Of a DNA stretch of 64,000 nt, positions 33,936 to 42,707 are shown in pieces. The DNA is from Bacillota bacterium (GTDB lineage Bacteria > Bacillota > UBA5301 > Bu52): the NCBI GenBank assembly GCA_014896355.1, contig JADBKO010000020.1, positions 21,852 through 85,851 of the forward strand, in the 5' to 3' direction. The position numbers were made by a program, and so were the translations under genes. The notes below the pieces were generated by a model, which was not told where the DNA came from, did not search any database, and saw only the letters and a list, made by a program, of their open reading frames with translations. The first letter of the stretch is position 1; every line of letters starts with the position of its first letter.

Positions 33936-34472
33936 TTGGTGCATGCCACTACAGTCATTGCCGTGCGCCGCGGTTCCCAGGCGGCCATGGCAGGCGACGG
34001 CCAAGTCACCCTGGGGGAGAACACCATCATCAAGCACACGGCGCGCAAGGTGCGACGGCTCTATCACGACCGGGTCTTGGCGGGATTCGCCGGGTCGGTG
34101 GCAGACGCGTTCACCTTGTTCGAAAAGTTCGAGGTACGCCTGGAGGAGTACCACGGGGATCTGGTCCGGGCGGCTGTGGAATTGGCCAAGGAGTGGCGGA
34201 CCGACCGGGTGCTGCGACGCCTGGAGGCCCAATTGCTGGTGATGGACGCCCGGTCGCTGCTGGTGATTTCCGGCAACGGCGACGTGCTGGAGCCGGACGA
34301 TCCGGTGATGGCCATCGGTTCCGGCGGGTCCTACGCTCTGGCTGCGGCTCGGGCTTTGTTGGCCCATTCCGATTTGACCGCCCGGGAGATCGCAGAGGAA
34401 GCCATGCGCATCGCAGCCTCTATTTGTGTCTATACGAATGACCACATCCTCGTGGAAGAGCTGAACGCTTGA
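33936..34472 (+). CDS. hslV: ATP-dependent protease subunit HslV (ClpQ/CodW)
   Basis: [30 protein letters not shown]. Confidence 0.97.
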   Translation: MVHATTVIAVRRGSQAAMAGDGQVTLGENTIIKHTARKVRRLYHDRVLAGFAGSVADAFTLFEKFEVRLEEYHGDLVRAAVELAKEWRTDRVLRRLEAQLLVMDARSLLVISGNGDVLEPDDPVMAIGSGGSYALAAARALLAHSDLTAREIAEEAMRIAASICVYTNDHILVEELNA

Positions 34473-34489
34473 GCTGGGAGGGTTTGCTG

Positions 34490-35890
34490 TTGGACGAGCT
34501 GACGCCGCGCCAGATTGTGGCCGAACTGGACCGCTACATCGTGGGGCAGGAGCGCGCCAAACGGGCTGTGGCCATCGCCTTGCGCAATCGCTATCGCCGG
34601 CGGTTGCTGGAGCCGGGTCTGCGCGAAGAGGTCCTGCCCAAGAACATTTTGATGATCGGCCCCACCGGCGTAGGGAAGACGGAGATCGCCCGCCGCCTGG
34701 CGCGCTTGGCCAACGCGCCGTTCATCAAGGTGGAGGCCACCAAGTTCACCGAGGTGGGCTACGTAGGCCGGGATGTGGACTCCATCATCCGCGATCTGGT
34801 GGAAACCTCCATTCGGATGGTCAAGCAGGAGAAGATGGCCGCCGTAGCGGACCGCGCTGCCGGCCAGGCGGAAGAGCGGTTGTTGGATCTTTTGGTGCCG
34901 CCGCCGGCGACCGGACGGCCTGTCAATCCCTTCAGCGCGCTGTTCGGATTTGGGTCGGCCCGGCCGGAGGCACAGCCTGCCGACGAAGCGGGCGAGCGCA
35001 ACGCCCGTTACCAGCAGGAGCGGGAACACGTCCAGCAGCAGCTGAGCCAGGGGCTTTTGGAGAATGCCCCAGTGGAGATTGAAGTGGAAGACAGCTCCCC
35101 GCCCATGTTGGAAGTGTTCAGCAACGCCGGCGTGGAGGAGATGGGAATCAACGTTCAGGACCTTCTTGGGGGCCTGCTGCCTCGCAGGCGCAAACGGCGC
35201 AAGGTCACCGTGGCGGAAGCGCGTCCCATCCTCCAGCAGGAAGAAGCCCAGAAGCTCATCGACATGGACGCTGTGATCCGTGAGGCCGTCAGCCGGGCGG
35301 AGAACAGCGGCATTGTGTTTATCGACGAAATCGACAAAATCGCCGGCCGTGAAGCCGGCAGTGGGCCGGACGTGTCCCGGGAGGGCGTGCAGCGGGATAT
35401 TCTTCCCATCATCGAGGGCTCCACTGTCATGACCAAATACGGGCCTGTGAAGACCGATCACATCCTGTTCATCGCCGCCGGAGCCTTCCATGTGAGCAAG
35501 CCCTCGGACCTGATTCCGGAGCTTCAGGGGCGTCTGCCCATTCGGGTGGAGCTGGAGAGCCTGAACGAAGAGGACTTTTTCCGCATCCTGACAGAGCCCA
35601 CCAATTCCTTGGTGCGGCAGTACACTGCTCTGTTGGGTGCTGACGGGGTTAAGCTCACATTTACCCGGGACGGGTTGCGCGAGATCGCCCGGCTGGCAGT
35701 GGCCGTCAACGAGAGTACGGAAAACATCGGGGCCCGGCGGCTCCACACCCTCATGGAGCGTTTGCTGGAGGATGTGGCGTTTGCTGCGCCGGAGGCGGGG
35801 GGCCAGGAAGTCGTAGTGGACCAGGCCTATGTGGATGCACGGCTCGGGGAATTGGTGAAGGATCGGGACCACTCCCGTTATATTCTGTAA
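34490..35890 (+). CDS. hslU: ATP-dependent protease ATPase HslU (ClpY/CodX)
   Basis: [39 protein letters not shown]. Confidence 0.98.
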   Translation: MDELTPRQIVAELDRYIVGQERAKRAVAIALRNRYRRRLLEPGLREEVLPKNILMIGPTGVGKTEIARRLARLANAPFIKVEATKFTEVGYVGRDVDSIIRDLVETSIRMVKQEKMAAVADRAAGQAEERLLDLLVPPPATGRPVNPFSALFGFGSARPEAQPADEAGERNARYQQEREHVQQQLSQGLLENAPVEIEVEDSSPPMLEVFSNAGVEEMGINVQDLLGGLLPRRRKRRKVTVAEARPILQQEEAQKLIDMDAVIREAVSRAENSGIVFIDEIDKIAGREAGSGPDVSREGVQRDILPIIEGSTVMTKYGPVKTDHILFIAAGAFHVSKPSDLIPELQGRLPIRVELESLNEEDFFRILTEPTNSLVRQYTALLGADGVKLTFTRDGLREIARLAVAVNESTENIGARRLHTLMERLLEDVAFAAPEAGGQEVVVDQAYVDARLGELVKDRDHSRYIL

Positions 35891-35913
35891 GACCTCTCGG
35901 CAGCAGAAAGGTC

Positions 35914-35954
35914 TTGCCAAGGCCGCCCGTTTGGTGTAAGATTTTCTGGATTTT
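35914..35954 (+). promoter_or_regulatory. SigA-type promoter of codY with overlapping CodY-box-like site
   Basis: TTGCCA(35914-19)-17 nt-TAAGAT(35937-42); GATTTTCTGGATTTT(35940-54) matches AATTTTCWGAAAATT at 11/15. Confidence 0.55.
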
Positions 35955-36007
35955 AAGACGTAATTCTGAACAGTTGGAACCGGGCTCGTTTGCAAGGGGG
36001 AGCGGGA

Positions 36008-36793
36008 ATGGGCGATCTTCTTGTCAAAACTCGCAGCATCAACCGCCTGATTCAAAACGCCGCCGGGAGAGCTGTGGACTATCACGAACTGGCCGGCATC
36101 CTTCGGGATGTGATCGGCGCCAACGTCTATGTGATCAACCGCAACGGCCAGGTCCTGGGCTATGCGCTGATGGATGGCTTCGACTGTGATGTCTTGAAGC
36201 GCTCGGTGTTGGAACCCAAGGCCTTCCCGGCGGATTACAACCAGAAGCTTCTGCGCATGGCAGAGACCTCACCGAACCTGATGCAGGAGAGGGGCCGCTG
36301 TGTGATCGTTTCCGGCAAAGACTGCCTGTACACCAACAAGGTCACGACCATCGTCCCCATCATCAGCGGCAACGAGCGCCTGGGTACCCTGATGCTGTCC
36401 AGGTTCAGCGAGCGCTTCTCCGATGACGACTTGGTGCTGGCTGAATACGGCGCCACGGTGGTGGGCATGGAGATTCTTCGCTCCAAGAGCGAGGAAGTGG
36501 AAGAAGAGGCCCGCCGAAAGGCTGCGGTCCAGGTAGCCATGGCCAGTCTGTCTTACTCCGAGCTGGAAGCCATCGAGCACATTTTTGCCGAACTGGACGG
36601 GGAAGAAGGCCTCTTGGTCGCATCCAAGGTGGCGGACCGGGTGGGGATCACCCGCTCCGTGATCGTCAACGCTCTGCGGAAATTCGAAAGCGCCGGGGTC
36701 ATCGAGAGCCGGTCGTTGGGGATGAAAGGGACATATATCCGGGTTCTCAATGAGTACCTGCTGCCGGAGCTGAAGAAAGTGGCGGCACGCTGA
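36008..36793 (+). CDS. codY: GTP/BCAA-sensing transcriptional repressor CodY
   Basis: [39 protein letters not shown]. Confidence 0.98.
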   Translation: MGDLLVKTRSINRLIQNAAGRAVDYHELAGILRDVIGANVYVINRNGQVLGYALMDGFDCDVLKRSVLEPKAFPADYNQKLLRMAETSPNLMQERGRCVIVSGKDCLYTNKVTTIVPIISGNERLGTLMLSRFSERFSDDDLVLAEYGATVVGMEILRSKSEEVEEEARRKAAVQVAMASLSYSELEAIEHIFAELDGEEGLLVASKVADRVGITRSVIVNALRKFESAGVIESRSLGMKGTYIRVLNEYLLPELKKVAAR

Positions 36794-36876
36794 GCAGCGC
36801 TGAATACGGGCCTGCTCCGGGCTCCGGCCGGGGCGGCACGGCGCTGTGGATCTCCGCGGCAGCCAAAACGAGCGGC

Positions 36877-36902
36877 GCCCGCCTCCCAGGCGGGCCTTTT
36901 TT
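36877..36902 (+). terminator. Intrinsic terminator after codY
   Basis: GCCCGCCT-ccc-AGGCGGGC stem followed by C and T6. Confidence 0.8.
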
Positions 36903-37014
36903 GTACCGCCCGGAGGGTGTTTCCTACGGGAGGAGACCGCCGCGCGGCGATCGTACTGCAGGAGGGCAGCTGGGTTCGGGGCAGATGTTTTTTTACCAAT
37001 CTGTGCCAGTTCTG

Positions 37015-37042
37015 GAAGGATTTCCACGTAATCTGTCGAAAT
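37015..37042 (+). promoter_or_regulatory. SigH-like promoter upstream of the riboswitch and fla operon
   Basis: GAAGGATTT-11 nt-GTCGAAAT resembles RNAGGAWWW-N11/12-RNNGAAT. Confidence 0.45.
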
Positions 37043-37065
37043 ACGTCAACTAGCAAAGGGCGCAA

Positions 37066-37162
37066 GTGACGAAAAGGCAAACCTGCCGAAAGGCAGGGGC
37101 GCAAAGCCACGGGCCTACAGCTCAAGAAATGAGCCATGGCAGCCGGGCCGCCGAAAGCTTAC
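37066..37162 (+). ncRNA. Cyclic di-GMP-I (GEMM) riboswitch aptamer
   Basis: GGCAAA-CCTGCC-GAAA-GGCAGG-GGCGCAAAGC...GGCCTAC...ATGGCAGCCGGGCCGCC: GNRA-capped P2, GCAAAG junction, receptor in P3; lies in the flgB leader. Confidence 0.92.
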
Positions 37163-37168
37163 GCCGCC

Positions 37169-37202
37169 ATGAAAAAGGCGGTACGTGTACCGCCTTTTTC
37201 AT
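37169..37202 (+). terminator. Riboswitch expression-platform terminator
   Basis: Perfect 16-bp inverted repeat ATGAAAAAGGCGGTAC-gt-GTACCGCCTTTTTCAT containing a T5 tract. Confidence 0.85.
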
Positions 37203-37285
37203 TAAGTCTTCCATGGTGCTTCGGGGCCTGTCTGCGGCCTGGCCCGCGCCGGACTGCAAATTCTTCCTCGAGCGAGGTGGTTTAC

Positions 37286-37705
37286 TTGCTGGAGCGCATC
37301 TTGAACGGATACACGGACCAGTTGCTGGAACGGGCTCTGGATGCCGCCAGCCTGCGCCAGCGGGTTCTGGCGGACAATTTGGCCAATGTCGACACTCCCG
37401 GCTTTAAACGGAGCGATGTGGCGTTCGCCTCGCTGGTCAAGGCCCAGATGGCCAGCCAGGAAGAAGCGGGAACCCGTCTACAGCTGGTGCGGACAAATCC
37501 GCTCCATCTGCCGGCGCCGCCGCCTGCGCCCGCATTGCCGCGGCCTGTGGTGGTTCAGGACCTACAGACGGCGTACCGCCCGGATGGGAACAACGTGGAT
37601 ATCGATCGTGAAATGGCCTCGGAAGCAGAGAACGCCCTCCTTTATCAAGCCCTGGTGCAGCGGGTGAACGGGCGTCTCAGCCTTCTCGGAGAGGCCATGA
37701 AGTAA
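37286..37705 (+). CDS. flgB: Flagellar basal-body rod protein FlgB
   Basis: RQRVLADNLANVDTPGFKRSDV, DGNNVDIDREM; TTG after GAGGTG. Confidence 0.96.
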   Translation: MLERILNGYTDQLLERALDAASLRQRVLADNLANVDTPGFKRSDVAFASLVKAQMASQEEAGTRLQLVRTNPLHLPAPPPAPALPRPVVVQDLQTAYRPDGNNVDIDREMASEAENALLYQALVQRVNGRLSLLGEAMK

Positions 37706-37800
37706 GGCGCAAGGGGAAGACGATGGTGGCGGACCGGCGGCTGCGGGTCGGGCCCGCTGCACGCCGGGATGAGGAGCAGAGCGCATGGGAGGAGACAGCC

Positions 37801-38289
37801 ATGTCCTTGTTACAGGCCATCGACATTGCCGCATCCGGCATGACGGCCCAGCGAACCAGGCTGGATGTGATTGCTGACAATCTGGCCAATGCCGATACCA
37901 CCCGTACCCCGGAGGGCGGCCCCTTCCGCCGGAAGATGGCGGTGTTCGTGAGCCGCGGCGACCGGCCAGCGCCCCTCCCGCCCTGGCAGGCGTGGCGTTT
38001 GTCTGTGCCGGGAGCCATGGCCGCTGCTTCCTTGCCGGCAGTGGAACCCTCCACCTTGGACGGGGTCCAGGTGGATCGGATCGTGGAGGATCCCCGACCG
38101 CCCCGGCTGGTGTATGATCCAGGCCATCCCGACGCCGACGCCAATGGATATGTGGCCTATCCCAACATCGACCCGGTTACGGAGATGGTGGACATGATCT
38201 CCGCTTCCCGGGCGTACGAGGCCAATGTTCAGGTGATCAACAATGCCAAGGCCATGGCGTTGAAGGCCCTGGAGATCGGACGCGGATAA
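37801..38289 (+). CDS. flgC: Flagellar basal-body rod protein FlgC
   Basis: SGMTAQRTRLDVIADNLANA, YDPGHPDA, SRAYEAN. Confidence 0.97.
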   Translation: MSLLQAIDIAASGMTAQRTRLDVIADNLANADTTRTPEGGPFRRKMAVFVSRGDRPAPLPPWQAWRLSVPGAMAAASLPAVEPSTLDGVQVDRIVEDPRPPRLVYDPGHPDADANGYVAYPNIDPVTEMVDMISASRAYEANVQVINNAKAMALKALEIGRG

Positions 38290-38507
38290 ACTGGGCCAGT
38301 AGCCTCCGGGGTTTCCCCGGATAGTTGGCACGGCTGTTTGCCTTGGCGCGCCAGTTCTCTGCAGGAGTTTCCGGGCAGTCCCAGATACCAGATCCATGAG
38401 TCTCCTGACGGCACGACGACCAGTTCCCGCCGGTGTATCTTGTCTCCTTATGTCTTGTTATGCGCGGAGGCTCTAGGAGCCGCCGCCTTGGAAAGGGGCA
38501 AATCACG

Positions 38508-38933
38508 ATGGCGCTGACCGTAGGCCTTCCTCCTTTGCCTGGGCAAGCCTTTTCCGTTTTCCTGCCTCCTGTCTTCAACGGCCCCGCCGCGCTGAATGGA
38601 GCAGGGCAGGGATCTCCGCCGGACGGGGCCGCACCTTTGCAGTCATTGGATGCGACCCGGCCGGCCGGGGTTTCGGGAGTTCCAGGAGCGCCGGGCGCCG
38701 CAGATCAAGCCGCAGGTCCGAGCTTCTCCGATGTTCTGCGTTCTGCCCTGCGGGAAGTGAATGATCTGCAGACGAAATCCGATGAGCTCACTCAGAAACT
38801 GGCTTTGGGTGACGCGGACATCCACACGGTCATGATTGCCGCCCAGAAGGCCGAGCTGGCGCTCCGCTTGACCATTAGTGTCCGGAACAAGGTGCTGGAG
38901 GCCTACCAGGAGATTATGCGGATGCCCTTGTAA
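38508..38933 (+). CDS. fliE: Flagellar hook-basal body protein FliE
   Basis: FSDVL..AL.EVN, IHTVMIAAQKA, VRNKVLEAYQEIMRM. Confidence 0.95.
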   Translation: MALTVGLPPLPGQAFSVFLPPVFNGPAALNGAGQGSPPDGAAPLQSLDATRPAGVSGVPGAPGAADQAAGPSFSDVLRSALREVNDLQTKSDELTQKLALGDADIHTVMIAAQKAELALRLTISVRNKVLEAYQEIMRMPL

Positions 38934-38979
38934 CCCTTGTAACCCTACACGGATGTCGAAGGTTGCGGGGGGACGATGA

Positions 38980-40614
38980 GTGAACGGCTTTGTTGAGAGA
39001 CTCAAGCAACGATGGCAGGGTTTTTGGGGAGGGCTGCCCCCGCGGACGAGGCTCTGGTTCATCGCCGGCACAGCCTTTCTGGTTTTCGCCTTTTTATTGC
39101 TTACGGCCGCGTTGGGTGCCCACCGCGGTCCCGCCATGGTGCCGCTTTTCACGCAGCTGGACGCGCAGGACGCTGGCGCCATCGTGGCCAAGTTGAAAGA
39201 ACAAAAGGTCCCTTATGAGCTGGCCTCCGGCGGATCCACCATCCTGGTGCCGCAGGCGCAGGTGTATGACCTGCGGTTGAGCATGGCTTCCCAGGGCCTG
39301 CCCAGCCAAGGCGTGGTGGGGTTCGAGATCCTGGACAAGACGCCTCTGGGAGCCACAGATTTCGAGCGCCGCATGCGTTACAACTGGGCCTTGGAAGGAG
39401 AGCTCACCCGCACGATACGGCAGTTGGCTCAGGTGGAGGACGCCCGGGTTCATCTGGTGGTTCCGGAGCCCAGCGTGTTCATCCAGGATAAGCAGGTTCC
39501 CACGGCCTCCGTGCTTCTGAAGCTACGGCCCTATACGGAGCTGAAAGCCAGCGAGGTGGCGGGGATCGCTCATCTGGTGGCCAGCAGTGTGCCGGGGCTG
39601 CGGCCCGAGGATGTGACAGTGGTGGACCAGTACGGGAATGTCCTTTCGGACAAGCTCCACCAAGACGCCGGGTCGAACGACGGCAGCCCCACGGTGGCCC
39701 AGCGGTTCGCCTTGCAGCAAGCCCAGGACGACCGCCTCAGCCAGAATCTGCAGAGCATGCTGGAGCAAGTCTTCGGCCCCGGCCGGGTCGTGGCCAGGGT
39801 CCACGCAGACTACGACTTCGACGCCCAGACGAGCAGCGCCGAGCTGTACCAGCCGGCGCAGCCCGGAGGGAATACCGGCATCATCCGCTCGGAGCAACAG
39901 ACCAACGAGACTTATAGCGGGACAACGCAGCCAGGCGGCGGCGTGCCGGGTGTGGCCAGCAATGTCCCCGGCTACGTGGCGGCGCCCACGGGCCAGCCCA
40001 CGAATTCCACGTACAGCAAATCCGATGTGATTCGCAATTATGAGATCAGCAAACAGCAGATCCAGACTGTGTCCGCCCCTGGGAAGATCAAGCGCCTGTC
40101 CGTCAGCGTGTTCGTGAACGCCAGACTGGGACAGGCGGAAATGGCCCAGATTCAAAACGCTGTGGCTGCGGCAGTGGGATACGACAGCCAGCGCGGCGAC
40201 CAGCTCAGCGTGGTGAGCCTGCCGTTCGGACCGCCGCAGCCGGCGCGCCGTCCTGTGGCCTCGGCCAAGGCGAAAGTCCCCGGATGGTGGCCATGGGCCA
40301 TTGCGGCGGTCGTGTTGGTGGTGGGAGTCGTGGGGATCGTGCTGCAGCGGCGCCGGCAGGCAGCCCGCCGGGCGGCGGAGGAGCTGGCGGCGCAGCAGGC
40401 CCAGGCCAGGGCGGAGGCAGCCACGGAGGCCGAGGCGCAGAAGCCGCCCACGGCTGAGGCCGGCGCGCCGGGTCCCAGCCCGCAAGAGGTCGCCCTGGAC
40501 GCCGCCGAGAAGGAGAAGCAGCGTATGCTGCGGGAGATCGAGCGCTTGGCCCGGCAGCGGCCGGAGAGGTTCGCCCAGTTGCTGCGGGTATGGTTAACCC
40601 AGGAGGAGAAGTAG
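38980..40614 (+). CDS. fliF: Flagellar M-ring protein FliF
   Basis: GFEILD, ALEGELTRTI, ARVHLVVP; two TM segments. Confidence 0.96.
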   Translation: MNGFVERLKQRWQGFWGGLPPRTRLWFIAGTAFLVFAFLLLTAALGAHRGPAMVPLFTQLDAQDAGAIVAKLKEQKVPYELASGGSTILVPQAQVYDLRLSMASQGLPSQGVVGFEILDKTPLGATDFERRMRYNWALEGELTRTIRQLAQVEDARVHLVVPEPSVFIQDKQVPTASVLLKLRPYTELKASEVAGIAHLVASSVPGLRPEDVTVVDQYGNVLSDKLHQDAGSNDGSPTVAQRFALQQAQDDRLSQNLQSMLEQVFGPGRVVARVHADYDFDAQTSSAELYQPAQPGGNTGIIRSEQQTNETYSGTTQPGGGVPGVASNVPGYVAAPTGQPTNSTYSKSDVIRNYEISKQQIQTVSAPGKIKRLSVSVFVNARLGQAEMAQIQNAVAAAVGYDSQRGDQLSVVSLPFGPPQPARRPVASAKAKVPGWWPWAIAAVVLVVGVVGIVLQRRRQAARRAAEELAAQQAQARAEAATEAEAQKPPTAEAGAPGPSPQEVALDAAEKEKQRMLREIERLARQRPERFAQLLRVWLTQEEK

Positions 40615-40615
40615 G

Positions 40616-41626
40616 ATGCCTGCACGTCAGGGATTGACCGGAAGGCAGAAAGCCGCCATCTTACTGATCGCCCTGGGGCAGGAGGCGGCCTCGGAAGTCT
40701 ACAAGCACATGCGGGTGGAGGAGATCGAGGATCTTACGCTGGACATCGCCAATCAGCGGCGCGTGGATCCCGCCACCCGCGACCAGGTGATCGCCGAGTT
40801 CTGGGACATGATCACCGCCCAGAACTACATCGATCAGGGCGGAATCGAGTATGCCCGCGAGGTGCTGGAACGGGCGTTGGGTCCGCAAAAGGCTGCGGAC
40901 ATCCTGAACCGCCTGACCGTCTCGCTGCAGGTGCGCCCCTTTGATTTCGCGCGCCGCACGGACCCCGGGCAGCTGCTGAACTTCATTCAAAACGAGCATC
41001 CGCAGACTATTGCCTTGGTGCTGGCCTTCCTGCATCCAGATCAGGCAGGGGCTATCCTCTCTTCCCTGCCGCCGGCCCGCCAGGTGGAGGTGGCCCGCAG
41101 GCTCGCGACCATGGACCGCACCAGCCCGGATGTTCTGCGCGAGGTGGAAAGCATCTTGGAGCACCGGGTTTCCGCCGTGGCGTCGCAGGAGTACGCTGCT
41201 GCCGGCGGCGTGGAGTCTGCGGTGGAAGTCTTGAACCATACGGACCGGGCCACCGAGCGGACCATTCTGGACGCCCTGGCGGAGCAGGATCCGGAGCTGG
41301 CCGAAGAGATCAAGCGCCGCATGTTCACCTTCGACGACATCGTGCTTTTGGACGACCGAGCCATCCAGCAGGTCATCCGCGAGGCCGATCAGAAAGATCT
41401 GGCCTTGGCCCTCAAGACTGCCAGCGAGGAAGTGTCCGCGCGGATCTTCAAGAACATGTCCAAGCGCGCCGCCGATATGCTCAAGGAGGACATCCAGTAT
41501 CTGGGGCCTGTGCGTCTGAGGGATGTGGAAGAGGCCCAGCAGCGTATTGTGGGCGTGGTTCGCAGGCTGGAGGACGCCGGCGAAATCGTGATCGCCCGGG
41601 GCGGAGAGGAAGAGATCGTTGTCTAG
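40616..41626 (+). CDS. fliG: Flagellar motor switch protein FliG
   Basis: QKAAILLIALG, EHPQTIALVL, MFTFDD, VEEAQQRI. Confidence 0.98.
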   Translation: MPARQGLTGRQKAAILLIALGQEAASEVYKHMRVEEIEDLTLDIANQRRVDPATRDQVIAEFWDMITAQNYIDQGGIEYAREVLERALGPQKAADILNRLTVSLQVRPFDFARRTDPGQLLNFIQNEHPQTIALVLAFLHPDQAGAILSSLPPARQVEVARRLATMDRTSPDVLREVESILEHRVSAVASQEYAAAGGVESAVEVLNHTDRATERTILDALAEQDPELAEEIKRRMFTFDDIVLLDDRAIQQVIREADQKDLALALKTASEEVSARIFKNMSKRAADMLKEDIQYLGPVRLRDVEEAQQRIVGVVRRLEDAGEIVIARGGEEEIVV

Positions 41627-42662
41627 GATCATCAAGGCCGAAGAACGGCTGGACTGCGATCCCTATCTCGTGGAAGCGCCGTCGTTTCCTGAGCCTGAGC
41701 CAGGGCCCGAACCCGGCGGGGCTGCTACCCCCGGGTTAGGGACGCAGCCGGGCGCAGGCACCCAAAGGGTAGGCCGCGCGGACCGGGAGACCCCTGCTGG
41801 ACCCTCCGCCGATGACGCTTACCGGGACGGCGCGGCCCAATCTGCCGGCAAGGTGGGGGGCGGGCGGAGGGAAACGGGCGCCCGGCCCGCGCAGACCCGC
41901 GTGAAGGTCTGGATCCCGGCCGGGAAGGAGGCCCAGGCCCGAGGCAGCCGCGCATACAAAGGCCGGGCCCTGTTGGCGCCCGGGCGCAGCGCCGTAGCCC
42001 GGATCCGGACCGGCGCCGAGGAGCAGGCCAACCGGGTGCTGCAAGAAGCCCGGCAGGCGGCAGAAGCCTTGCGGGCCGAGGCTCAGGCCCTCAAAGACCA
42101 GGCCCATCAGCAAGGGCATGAGGAGGGTTTCGCCCAGGGCCGCCGGGAGGGATATGAGCAGGGGCTGGAACAGGGGCGCGGCGAGGGCCGGGAGGCCGCT
42201 CGCAGCGAGGTGTTGGCACAATGCCAGCTCGTTGCCCGCATGGCCCAGGAGTTGGCCCAGGATCGCCAGCAATTGCTGGAGGCCGTGGCTGGAGACGTGG
42301 TGAAGCTGGCGTGGGCCATTGCGGAGAAGATCGTGCACGGCCAGGTGCAAAGCGACCCCGAGCTGGTGCAGCGCACAGTGCGATCGGTTCTGTCACAGTT
42401 GGGGGATGACACCCGCGTGGTGCTGCGGGTGAACCCCGCAGAGCTGGAGCAGGTGTTGAATTGGGAACCCCGGTTCCGGACCCTGCTGAGTACGGCGGCG
42501 CAGCTGGAGATTCGGGGTGACCCTCAAGTGGAGCGGGGAGGGTGCGTGGCGGAATCTGCGGGTACCCAGGTGGACGGGCGCCTGAGCACCCAGCTGGCCG
42601 AGGTCGACGCAGCTCTGCGCCGAGTGGTGGCAGGGGGAAATTCCGGCGGCAGCACAGAGTAA
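41619..42662 (+). CDS. fliH: Flagellar assembly protein FliH
   Basis: GxxxG repeats (GHEEGFAQGRREGYEQGLEQG), VNPAE, GGCVAES. Confidence 0.92.
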   Translation: MSRIIKAEERLDCDPYLVEAPSFPEPEPGPEPGGAATPGLGTQPGAGTQRVGRADRETPAGPSADDAYRDGAAQSAGKVGGGRRETGARPAQTRVKVWIPAGKEAQARGSRAYKGRALLAPGRSAVARIRTGAEEQANRVLQEARQAAEALRAEAQALKDQAHQQGHEEGFAQGRREGYEQGLEQGRGEGREAARSEVLAQCQLVARMAQELAQDRQQLLEAVAGDVVKLAWAIAEKIVHGQVQSDPELVQRTVRSVLSQLGDDTRVVLRVNPAELEQVLNWEPRFRTLLSTAAQLEIRGDPQVERGGCVAESAGTQVDGRLSTQLAEVDAALRRVVAGGNSGGSTE

Positions 42663-42707
42663 AAAAACGCCTGCAGGGGCAGAGCGGGCAAGGGAGGTGG
42701 ACAGGCC

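Noticed and set aside
37203..37285. Invertible flagellar phase-variation switch as in C. difficile between riboswitch and flgB
   Set aside because: Only ~83 nt available, no flanking inverted repeats seen, no recombinase in the window
38325..38341. Sigma-54-like TTGGCACGGCTGTTTGC in the flgC-fliE spacer
   Set aside because: GG-to-GC spacing is 11 nt rather than the strictly required 10
38925..38946. 9-bp tandem duplication CCCTTGTAA at the fliE stop
   Set aside because: Local slippage duplication; no element between the copies and no coding effect
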